Below are positions 33,704 through 44,182 of a stretch of DNA of 64,000 nt, one piece after another. Below the pieces are notes generated by a model. That model made no database searches and was not told the DNA's origin. It saw only the letters and a list, made by a program, of their open reading frames with translations. Within the stretch, counting starts at the first letter, position 1, and each line of letters opens with the position of its first letter. A program made the position numbers and the translations under genes. Source of the stretch: Hyaloraphidium curvatum SAG 235-1 (lineage: Eukaryota; Fungi; Monoblepharomycota). Where the stretch lies: the NCBI GenBank assembly GCA_025558095.1, contig JAIVFI010000025.1:186001-250000 (forward strand), read 5' to 3'.

Positions 33704-34896
33704 ATGGACGCCGCGTTGCGCCGGCTGCGTGCGCTCCTGGCCTACATCGTTCCGCTTCCTTCGACCGCTGGCGGAGATGCTGCGTCTCCCGTGCCGGAGC
33801 CGGAGGTCGCGGCCACCGCTCCCGAGGAAGCACGCGCTCCAGTCGAGACGGCCAGCGCGTCCACGGACGACGAGATCGACAAGGGGGTGCCGGAGGACGT
33901 GAAGGAGTACAAAGACTCGCCTGAGGTTGTGCAGCGCAAGGCCAAGGAGCTCGCAAATGTGCGACGTCGTGGGCTGGTTTTCGGGAGACACGCTCAACCC
34001 CTATGCAGATGCTCCGGGAGTCTACACACTGTGTGGTCTTTACGGGCGCCGGGATCTCGACTTCGTCTGGCATCCCGGACTTCCGCGGGCCCCAGGGCGT
34101 ATGGACCCGGGAGGCCATGGGTCTGCCCCCGCCGCCGATGAAGGACTTCAAAACGATCAAGCCGACCCTGACCCATATGGCGCTGGCCAAGCTGGTGGAG
34201 GAGAAGATCGTCAAGGGTATTGTTAGCCAGAACGTCGACGGGCTCCATCTTAGATCTGGAGTACCGGCAACGGCGTTGGCCGAGATGCATGGCAACTACT
34301 CGATCGAACGGTGAGCGACCCGCGGGGAGGACTCCGTTCCCTCCGCGAAGGCTCATTTTGCTTCACCAGATGCCCGACCTGCGGCGAGGAGTACTATCGT
34401 TCGGCAGAGGCACACAGTTTCAAGTTCGACGGGAAGAACAGGGAGACGGGGCGGGTGTGTCTCAAGTGCGGGGACAAGCTGCGCGACACCATCGTGAAGT
34501 GCGTTCTTTTGGAGCTGTGTACTGACCCCTGCTAACTGAATGATTCTGTGATTGTTCCACAGCTTCAACGAATCGCTCCCTCGCAATGCGCTGCGCTTCG
34601 CTTCGGCCCACACCTTTGCCGCCGACCTCTACCTGTGTCTCGGGTCCTCTCTCTCCGTCTATCCCGCCGCCTCGTTCCCGGAGTCACATATGAACCGCGG
34701 GAAAAGGGCCGTCATAGTAAACCTCCAGCGCACGCATTTGGACGACGAAGCCACACTGCGAATCGGGGCACCGGTCGACGTGGTGATGAAGCTCGTCATG
34801 GACGAGCTGGATATCCCCATCCCGGAAACAAAGGACCTGGACGCCGAGCTGGCCGAGGCGACGATGCGGAAGTACAGGGAGTGGGGGTTGGACTGA
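33704..34896 (+). CDS. NAD-dependent deacylase, class IV sirtuin (SIRT6/SIRT7-like)
   Basis: [81 protein letters not shown]. Three introns. Confidence 0.92.
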
Positions 34897-34986
34897 GTGT
34901 GTCAATGTCGTTTTGGTTTCAATCCATCGTGTTGCGGCGGGACGCCCTGCCCGCCTGCGGTATTGTACAGCGGAGGCGGTCCTCCC

Positions 34987-35310
34987 TCACTTCAGTCGCC
35001 GCGCTTCGCGTTCGGACTCTGCAAGGCAAACCGGTAAGCGGGGCCGCGGCCATCAGCTCGGCGCGACACTTGCCCATGAGCACGAGGATGTCGTTCTCCC
35101 TGACCGGTCCCTTGACGTTGCGGATGATGGAGCGGGTCTTGTCGTCCAGGAACTCGACGCGAACCTGGGTGACACCACCACTGTAACCGGGGCAACGACT
35201 GGTGAGCGGGTGCCACTGGGCAGGAAGGCAGCAAACACCGACCGCGAACCCGTCCGGCCGAGGACCTTCGTCACACGCGCCCGCTTAATGTCGCTCTTCG
35301 CGTCGGCGTT
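34987..35310 (-). CDS. RPS28: 40S ribosomal protein S28 (eS28); first exon/start not resolved, lies upstream of 35310
   Basis: Spliced [13 protein letters not shown]|[35 protein letters not shown]|[10 protein letters not shown]. Confidence 0.95.
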
Positions 35311-35873
35311 CTGTTCCGGCGAGAAGGATTCGGTTAGAAGCTGTTCTTCGCAACCCTCGCAGCCGCCGAGATGCCCGACGACATGCCAGACTCCCGCGAA
35401 TCCAACACAAAGTGTCAAAGATGGACCACTGCTGCACGGTTCCCAGGCGCACGCAGAGCGGCGTCCACGAGGCGCTCGTCTCAACGGATAGACCGCGGTG
35501 TCGCGCACGAACGGGAAACCGCCAGAACCGCCCCCTCCATGCCATCAGCCGGCCCACACGGTCCTCCCAGTCCAGTTGCCAAAACTGAACCCAGAGAGCG
35601 TGCCAGGGAAGCCGGCCACTAACTTCCCAACCGGCCCCAGATGTTCCCCGAGCGGCTAGCCACCAGCCATGGCTATCCAGCGCCGCCGGGCCACCGCACC
35701 CGGTTCGGCGCAAGCTCCAGAGCCCTATTCAGTCCCGAATCAGTGACACCGACCATTTCGGAAGCTGGGCGTGGCGGTAGGAGGATCGGGAGTGTGGGTC
35801 GTCGGGGTCGCTGAAAATTCCACCCCAAGCAAACCTAACACGCCCTCCAATCCCTCAACCCCCAATCTCAAAG

Positions 35874-36586
35874 ATGGCGGTGGTACCCGCCGACGTGGTG
35901 TACGTGCAGAGCAAAATCCGCATCATTCCCGACTTTCCAATCAAGGTGGGTCCCCGGCGGCACCATCAGCCCGCGATGCGTGCGGGAACTGACCCCCGCG
36001 TCTCCAGGGCATCATGTTCCAGGCAAGCCTTGCGCGCCTCCAGTATAAGCTCCGCGTCCAACCCGCAGCTCCTGTAGGACATCATGCCGATCTTCCAGGA
36101 TCCGCTGGCCGTGGAGGCCATCATCACCCACTTTACGCACCACCTCCTCGTCGCCGGCCCCAAGGTCGACGTGATCGTCGGCCTGGACGCGCGGGGCTTC
36201 CTCTTCGGTCCGATCCTCGCCCAGCGGCTGCACTGCTCCTTTGTTCCGGTGCGGAAGAAGGGCAAGCTTCCTGGCGACGTCATCGTCTACCAGTATGTTG
36301 CTCCGTGCCCCACATGGCCTTCTGCTGACGGAGGCCACGCAGGTACAAGAAAGAGTACGGGGTCGACGAGTTCGAGATGCAGAAGGACTCTGTCAAGCCG
36401 GGCCAGAACGTCGTGGTCGTCGACGACCTCATCGCCACGGGAGGATCCGCAAAGGGGGCGGGCGAGCTGGTGACGCAGCTTGGCGGGAAAGTGATCGAGT
36501 ACCTCTTTGTCGTGGAGCTCGTCGCGCTCAAGGGGGCGGAAGCGCTCTCCGCGCCAGTATATAGCTTCATCAAGTCTGATGATTGA
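35874..36586 (+). CDS. APT1: Adenine phosphoribosyltransferase
   Basis: IPDFPIK|GIMFQ|[32 protein letters not shown] motif [13 protein letters not shown]. Three introns. Confidence 0.95.
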
Positions 36587-36657
36587 GCCGGTACATTGGT
36601 TTATTTGTTCCCCGTGATACCCCATAGATTGCGCCCCAAACACCCGCCCCAACTCGT

Positions 36658-37443
36658 CTACTTCCGAGCCACCTTCGCGGCCGCGCGCCTTTCCATGGCG
36701 GAGACGATGCGCCTCGCGATGTAGACCGTGGCCGCGGCTTCGAGCGGCACAAGCGGCGTGGTGATGGTGAATGCAACGGCGAGGACGACGGGGTCCAGTC
36801 CGAAGTTGTCGACAAAGAAGCGCATCACCGCGTTGGGCTCGGCGGGAGCGGACTCCTTCTCCGCGTCCTTTGGGTCCGAACCCATGCCCACGAAAGCCTT
36901 TGCCTTGTCCAGCTGCCGAAGAAGGTACTCCGTGTCCATGCCGAGGGTAACGAACAAAGCGTAGGTCGAGAGAAGCAGAATGGTGGAAATGACGAAGTAT
37001 ACAACAGCGCCGACGGCCCCGTACTTGGCGATGATCGCCTTGAAGTCCGTTTTAGGCTCTGTGCCCTTCTGGTCCCCGGAGGGCTGCGGCGCGGCCGCGT
37101 TTCCCGCGCCCGCCTGGCCCGCCGAGGATTGCGACGCGTCCGCGTTCCCCGCGTTCGGTTTGGAAGACATGGCGCGCGTTGTGTGGGTGAGTCCTACTAG
37201 GGCGGAAGCGTTGCCAAAGTGCGAGAAGGAGCACGGCCCCAGAAACAGGCTCTTGGAGCCGAGCGTGTTGAGCTTCCAGCGCTCCAGCAGCTGCGACGAC
37301 GAGGGCGAGCCCGCGAGGGACGTGCCCATCGTCGACGACGGGAACCGCACGGTCGCCGCGATGCGCTTCGAGCAGGGGCCGACATCGACGCGGATGGCGT
37401 TGAGCGCCGTGCGCGTCGCGACGTAGATGCGCGACTTGACCAT
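36658..37443 (-). CDS. FAM210/DUF1279-like mitochondrial membrane protein
   Basis: FKAIIAKYGAVGAVVYFVIS..LAVAFTITTPLVPLEAAAT pattern; basic N-terminus. Start uncertain (37443 or 37329). Confidence 0.7.
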   Translation of the reverse strand: MVKSRIYVATRTALNAIRVDVGPCSKRIAATVRFPSSTMGTSLAGSPSSSQLLERWKLNTLGSKSLFLGPCSFSHFGNASALVGLTHTTRAMSSKPNAGNADASQSSAGQAGAGNAAAPQPSGDQKGTEPKTDFKAIIAKYGAVGAVVYFVISTILLLSTYALFVTLGMDTEYLLRQLDKAKAFVGMGSDPKDAEKESAPAEPNAVMRFFVDNFGLDPVVLAVAFTITTPLVPLEAAATVYIARRIVSAMERRAAAKVARK

Positions 37444-37728
37444 CGCGGCCTCCGTGGCGAGCGCGATTCCGTTTGTTTGACAGAACGCGGTGGGCGGCGG
37501 GGGCGGTCCCTCGTGCGCCTGACTGAAGTCCACTTCCCTGATGATCCCACTGCCCAGCGGGTACAATACGCAATCCATCAACCATCTGCGGATGGATGGC
37601 AAGCAAAGAGCTGTTCCCTGAGTAGAAGAAAGTCTCCCGGTCCGGACACGATCGGTTCCATTGTGTGGCAGCTCTCCCCACCGAGCACACGAGCCTGATG
37701 CCCCGAATGCTTCCGTCTTCCATCTCGT

Positions 37729-37880
37729 TTTGATCAAGCTTTGATCAAGTGATACTGTACGGACTCCCGCCTCATCACCTTGGGGGGTTTGCGGCCAACC
37801 ACGTGATCGGTCCCGCCGTCCCATCAAGACTTTCCCCCAAATTCCCCATCTGGGCCGCCTCCATCTCGAATCGATTCGCG
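37729..37880. promoter_or_regulatory. Candidate cis-elements in the divergent FAM210/TLK promoter
   Basis: TTTGATCAAG-C-TTTGATCAAG (37729-37749), CACGTG (37800-37805), palindrome GAATCGATTC (37868-37877). Confidence 0.3.
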
Positions 37881-37971
37881 TTCTGTGATTCGATTCTGAT
37901 TTGTGCCGGGCTTCGGCTCGGCGCCGCTGCGTCCGCGGGCCCCTGCTGTGCCCAGAGATTCGGACGCCGCG

Positions 37972-40900
37972 ATGCTGTCCCACCTGGAACCCGACGAGGA
38001 TGGCGCCAAAACGGCGGTCCAGGCGCTGTCGCCCTTCTCGCCGCGCTCTCACAAGAGGAAAGCGCCTGCAGTTGCAGCCATCGACGACGTGGCGTCGCCC
38101 GCAAAGAAGGCGAAGCCGCCCGCGGACGGTGCCTCGCGCCAGGGCTCCTTCTCCCCGGCCACGCCGCGCCGAGCCCGTGATCAGGTGTCTCAATCGTCTC
38201 CGGTGCGCGCCCGCTCCTTCGTGGACGCGTCGGGCTTCTTCAGCTCCCCTCCCGGGAAGGCAAAAGGACGCGACCTTTCTCTGCCGGACTTGGACCAGCG
38301 GAAACTCGAGCTGCTCGAAGCGAGGCTGCTAGGGCGGAAAGCCGGAACGACTCCGAGCGCCGTCTTTTCCCCGCCTAGATCCACCCGAAGCGGAGACCGC
38401 GGCAGCAGGTCCGCTTTCCGAACGCGCGACCTGTCGGGGCCAGGGGACGGCTTGTTCAACGTGGCGTCGCCGCAATCGTCGCAGGCCTCGTCTCCTTCGG
38501 CAACACCTCGCTCTAGACGGAGTCAAGCGAGCGTCGCGCGATCCGGACGTGCTTCGAACGACGCTTTGGCGGTGGCCCCGTTGCCGTCGGGAGTGGCGCC
38601 TCGACCTCTGCCTGCGCTTTCTCCGCGAACCAAAGGAGGCGGTCCCGACGACTCGTTCGAAGAAGAGACGGAGGACGAGGACGATGAAGACGAGGTCGAG
38701 GAGATGGTCACCTTCGAGGGCGATGCGGACGACCACCGCACGACCAAAACGCCGGCGGACCGCGAATCCCAGGCTTCCCCAAACGGCAACCGCATCGTTC
38801 TGCAAATGACGGACAGCATGATTCACTCGCAGGTCGGGCCCGATCGCAGCCCGACGCATTCCGGCGCAGTGCACGTTTCGTCGCAGGGAAGCCCGGTGCG
38901 GTCACACGCGGAGGACGCCCACCCTTTCCAATTCCGCAGCCTGCTCGACGGCGAGTTCTACTCTCCTCCTCCTGGATCGCATCCTCCTGTCGCGGCTCCA
39001 TCGAAACCTGCACCTGGAACGGGGACTGGGGAGAAGAAGCGCATCCGGAAGTTCACGGAGGCCGAGGACCAGCTGCTGACCGGCGGAGTTGCGCGGCACG
39101 GGACCGACTGGGAGGAAGTCGCCAAGTTTGCCTTTCCCGGCGGCGATCGCACTGCCGAGCAAGTCAAGAGTAGGTGGAAGCGTCTTACCAAGAAGAAGAA
39201 GGACGAAGCACAGGGATCGCAACTGGCTTCAGAAGCAACACCCCTGGCTTCCGAGGCGGTCAAACCGCTGCATTCGAGTCCCGTGGCCGGCGAGGTGACC
39301 GCACCGCGGGCATTGGCGGACGTCGTGGACCTTACATCGCCGATCAAGCTCGGCGGCAAAGGCCACCGACCTTACGTGAACTCTCCGCACGAGGACGCCG
39401 TGGGATCCGGGGGCCCCTCGGCCGTCAACAGCCCGACGAAGCTGGGCTCGGCTGCGAAAGGCCACCATGCACGGCCGATCTACGAGTACTTTTCTCGCAG
39501 GGACGGGGCGTCGATGCCTGTGCCGGGGAAGGGTTCCCGTTTCCCGGAACGAGAGCACACCGTGGACGGGAGCGGTGCGAGGGAGTTTCCCGATTCCTGG
39601 CGCCGCGAGCAGGAGCAGATGAAGCTGCAAGCGGCGCAGCTGCTGGCAAAGCTGCAAGAGCAGGAGAAGGAGAAGGCTTCGTTGCAGAACAAGCTGGATG
39701 AACTGGAGCGGCAGCGCGAGGACTTGGTCCAGCGGCATTCGAGCGTCGTCAGGGAGGCCGAAAGCAAGATCCTCGAAGCGCAGCAAAACAAGAAGGCGCA
39801 GCTGGAGCGGTCGAGGACGATACTCACGGAGCTTCTGACAACTCAAGCACGCGAAAAAGCGCGCGAGAAGCGCCGCAAGTGCAACGAGAACAGCCTCCGC
39901 CTCGCAAGCATGACGGTCGAAAGGTGAGCGTCAGAGCCGAAACTGCTTCTCGAAGCGTCCTCAATGATCTATGTAGAAGCGGCATGGAGCTCCAAGAACG
40001 CTGGGAAGAGGGGTACGAGTTCCAGGAAGTCGAGGACAAGATCTCCCGCATCGCCGTCGAGAAGGAGGAGATCGAGAAGCGTCGGAAGCTGTTGACCAAG
40101 CGTCGGAACCTGGTTCCGAAACCCGCTCCGGCCGCGGATGGAGTCTTCGCCGTTCCGGATCCGCCACAGAAGGACGCTACGGCAAAGCCGCGGAAGGGCG
40201 CTGGATCTTCGCGGACGGCGACGGAAGAAGAGCCTCTGTCCCTTCAGGACTTCTACGAGCAGGACGAGATCCTGAAGCTCCGCATCGGGACTCTACGGAA
40301 GGAGGAGGCAGAGCTGAATGCATATCTCGCCAAGCTTCAGATCGACAGGAACCAGCACGTGCGCGAGATGCGTCGCATTCGGGACGAAAATGCTTCGCGC
40401 TTCAACAACAACCCGATCCTGTGCGAACGCTATCTTCTGATGGAATTGCTCGGACGCGGTGGCTTTAGCGAAGTATGGAAGGCTTGGGATCTGAACGAGA
40501 TGACGATTGTCGCCGTCAAGTGCGTTTTGTGTCTGCTCGTCAGTTCGACCAATCTAACGCCTCCACAGGATCCATTCTCTCAATTCGCAGTGGAGCGAGG
40601 AGCGCAAACGGTCCTACACTCGGCATGCAATTCGCGAGTACCGGATTCACAAGTCTCTTGTGCATCCGCGCATCATCCGGCTGTGGGACGTCTTCGAGAT
40701 CGACGACACGAGCTTCGCAACTGTGCTGGATTTCAACGACGGGGTCGATCTCGAGACGTACCTTCAGACAGTGAAGACCATTCCGGAACGGGAGGCCCGC
40801 TCGATCATTACTCAGGTTGTCAGCGCCTTGAAGTGGGTTGCAAGGGCTGCTGAAAGCTGCACCTTAACTTTTGAATGCCCAGGTACCTCAATGAGTTGCC

Positions 40901-41507
40901 GAAGCCCATCATCCACTACGATCTCAAGCCCGGCAACATCCTGCTGTCCAATGGCGAAGTTCGCATCACGGACTTTGGGCTCAGCAAGATCCTGGAGCCT
41001 GCCTCGACGGAAGATGGAGACGCTGGCTTTGGAGGCCGCCGCGAGTTCGGTCCGCGCGAGATGGAGCTCACAAGCCAGGGTGCCGGGACCTACTGGTACC
41101 TGCCCCCGGAGGTCTTTGAGCGATCCAGGGGCGGCCCGCCCATGATCTCGTCGAAAGTCGACGTGTGGAGCCTCGGCGTCATCTTCTACGAGATCCTCTA
41201 CGGCGAGAAGCCTTTCGCCAACGACAAGTCGCAGCAGTCGATCCTTCGCACTGATACCATCACAATGGAAGCGCACAGCTTAGTCTTCCCCGCAAAACCG
41301 GCCGTCAGTCAGGAGACGAAGGTGACTGTTTGCTCATGCCTTGTTGGGCCCCGGGCCTCATTCTGATAACCTTCGCAGGATTTCATCCGCCGGCTGCTGG
41401 AGTACCGAAAGGACAAGCGGCCGGATGTGCTGGCGATCGCGAACGACCCATACATCAATGTGGCCCTGGGAAAGCAGTCGACGGCAAAGAGCGGAGCGAC
41501 GCTGTAG
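37972..41507 (+). CDS. TLK: Tousled-like kinase with an N-terminal Myb/SANT domain
   Basis: Coiled coil ending [12 protein letters not shown]|[15 protein letters not shown]; [71 protein letters not shown]. Four introns. Myb repeat at ~39040-39190. Confidence 0.93.
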
Positions 41508-41544
41508 AGATTTGGCTTGGCATTGGAAGACTACAGGCAATTGA

Positions 41545-42726
41545 TCATCTCGATCTCCCTCTCGTGATGATCGTGCGAGCGAGCCGACCAAAGGCGCTGG
41601 ATAACGTCCGCCGAAGGGCAGCAGGATTGCGCAAAATGCTGCGACTGAATCCCCTCGCCAAGACCCGCGCCAAGTTTCTGCGCCCGCCTTTGGTAACGGC
41701 TTGCCTGACACTGTTGCGAAACAAGGAAAACACAGCCTTCCTTGCCGAACTGCGAGATGCATTGGTGATGACGTCCGTGATGGAAGTCCCGGCTGGTGCG
41801 TGCCGCCAGTCGACCAGCCTAGCACGCACGAACTCGATTGGTGTAGCCAGTAGGACGGCCATGAACGAGCTCGCGGCGCCGATCCCGGCCAGCTGAAGAA
41901 GCGGCAGTTCTCCGCTCAGGTCCTTGCCCCCTCGTTCCTCTTCCTTCTGCTTCGCCCTTACCACGAGGGCATCGGAGATGCCGTAGTACAGGGAAATCGT
42001 CGGAAAGGTAGCAGCGAACGACGTGACTGCCCCACGGTACAGCGGTCGAGGTCCTTCGCGAAACAGCGTTTGCAGGAGCAGCCGGCTGACACTCGGGGCC
42101 GGCGCTCCCGTTGCCAGGAGCCGATCGCGCGCAAGCTGAGTGTTCGAGATCGGTGCCCAAATCGACGTCTCCAGAAGCTGTGCTATTGTGGCCGCCGCCG
42201 CACCGTGTAGCAGGTAGTCCATTGGAGACCCTGCGCCGCTGGGAACCAGGCCAGCGTTCCTCAACCCCTGGCGCACGACCTCATACGAGGCAACGAGGAG
42301 GCCGGTTGCGGGCGCTTTCCTCGTTGCTACAAGCTTCAAGTCCTCCGAAATGGGCTTCATTTTCCAGCCGTGCTTCGACCCTCCTCCTTCTATCCAGAAT
42401 AGCACGAACTCGGCCACGAACCCAGCAGCAGATCCGAGAAGCACGGTCTGGAAGAATGACGTGCTTTCCAGCAGCCTTTCGACGCGCTTTTCACGTTCCT
42501 CGAGCTCGATATCGCCGTCCAAAGGTAAGCCCGGCGCGGTTGAAGGCCGGGCGCCCGGCGACAGCGACGAGGTCGACGGGACCTCCGGCCCCGCCACACC
42601 GCCATCGTGTCCGCCATCGGCCGATGAGCGAAGCTCCCTCTTCTCCGATGCCGTGGTTGCTTCTCCAAGGGGACCCAGCGCCGTCGCGTCTTGGCTGGGC
42701 ACCGCCATTTGCGAGTCACGGACCAT
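41545..42726 (-). CDS. Degenerate mitochondrial carrier (SLC25) family protein
   Basis: Carrier-like repeats (LLHGAAAATIA..WAPISN..EGPRPLYRG..ISLYYGISD; AGIGAASSFMAVLLATPIEFVRARL). Only one canonical Px[DE]xx[KR] motif. Confidence 0.75.
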   Translation of the reverse strand: MVRDSQMAVPSQDATALGPLGEATTASEKRELRSSADGGHDGGVAGPEVPSTSSLSPGARPSTAPGLPLDGDIELEEREKRVERLLESTSFFQTVLLGSAAGFVAEFVLFWIEGGGSKHGWKMKPISEDLKLVATRKAPATGLLVASYEVVRQGLRNAGLVPSGAGSPMDYLLHGAAAATIAQLLETSIWAPISNTQLARDRLLATGAPAPSVSRLLLQTLFREGPRPLYRGAVTSFAATFPTISLYYGISDALVVRAKQKEEERGGKDLSGELPLLQLAGIGAASSFMAVLLATPIEFVRARLVDWRHAPAGTSITDVITNASRSSARKAVFSLFRNSVRQAVTKGGRRNLARVLARGFSRSILRNPAALRRTLSSAFGRLARTIITRGRSR

Positions 42727-42873
42727 GACTCGTTTGTCGCACAGCGAGCCGTGAGGACGATCAACCAGGGACGCTCCGCTTCCCCGCCAACTTTCTGTAC
42801 ACGGTATGGCAGGAGGTCACTCCATGAGCCTCCTTGCCATCACCGTCCCGATCCTTGGCAATCAAGAGTCATT

Positions 42874-43925
42874 CTATTGAGCCTTCTTGCCATCGTTACC
42901 CCGGTACTTGGCAATCAAACGATCTTCCACGTCCTCCATGTCCCAGACGTGGGTCGTCAGCTTCAGGTTTTCCACCTCGGCAAGGAACGCCTTGTGAAGA
43001 TCCTGCTGCGGAGCGCCCTGCGGCGCGGCACCGGGCGTAAAGGCCTGCATGGCGCGCAAATCGTCCGTCACTAGCGTGGTGATCTTGGTCAACTTCAGCG
43101 TCGACGCGAGTAGCGGGTCACTCACCATTTTCCTCGCCTAGGATCAACGTGAAGATCCCTCTCAACCCAAAGAGGTTAAGGAAGTACCACGACAGCGACG
43201 ACACCCAGGTGACATCCATGTCGGCGGTCTCAATGCCCCGCTGCAGCATGGACTTGAACCTCAGGGTCAAGGGAAACGGCAGCTTCACTGGACGCCAATT
43301 AGAGCCACGACCAAGCGCCCGCTTGCGAATGTACACCCACATGACACGAATCCGGAAAAGAAGAACGTCACCCAGCTCATGATGACGGTTTGCGGAACGA
43401 ACATGGCCATGTTCTTCTTCATCCCGTCCATCATGCCCTCCATGGCAGCCGGATCCGTCATGATGTTCGGCGGCGTCGTCGAGTCCTTGGACTCGGGGTT
43501 TTTCAGGTACTTGCCGGCTTCGAACTGCTCTTGCAGGAACTTGCGCCGCGCCTGGAAGGAGTTCGGGGGGATCTGGCGGCAGAAGGTCCGCAGGCGGCCA
43601 GCACGAGTCAGCGCTTGACTGATTTGTAGGATGGAACGTCCACACGCGGGGCGGAGTACTTGAGATTACGCGCTGGAGGAAGTAGCAACCAGAAGGACCC
43701 ACGTCTCGCGCACCCCCTTCACGTTGACTTTCGGAGGAGAATTCATGAGAGCCGTGAGGTGCTGACGAAGAATCCCCACGAGCACCATGACAATCATTAT
43801 GGGAAATAGCACCTGGTGCGCGAACGCGTATTCAGGCCCGGGTCCGACGGCGCTTCGCGAGCTCCACGAACCCAATCCCGAATGGACGGGTCCAGGTACA
43901 TCGACTGCGTCTCCTGGATCGACAT
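42874..43925 (-). CDS. EMC3: ER membrane protein complex subunit 3
   Basis: LDPSIRDW|[56 protein letters not shown]. Four introns. Confidence 0.96.
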
Positions 43926-44182
43926 CCTGGCGACTGTCCCGGGGAGAACAAAGGTCGATGTGGGGGGAACTGGCGAACCGAAGTCCCGAAGAGACGCAGC
44001 CCACAGGCTCGTCCCCGGCGACGCGCGTTCGGGTGCCTCGCGGCGCCGACGGCCCGAGGATGGGCGCCTACGCCGTCGCGGGCTTTCTCGCCCTCGCCCG
44101 TCGGCTTCGACACGAGGCACCGGCTGTTTGGTCGCGTTGGAGCGTCGCCTCTCATCGATCCTTCCTCTTTGAATCTCCCTTA

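Noticed and set aside
36658-38193. 511-aa ORF as a single protein
   Set aside because: Only the C-terminal part looks coding; the rest spans the promoter and the antisense of TLK.
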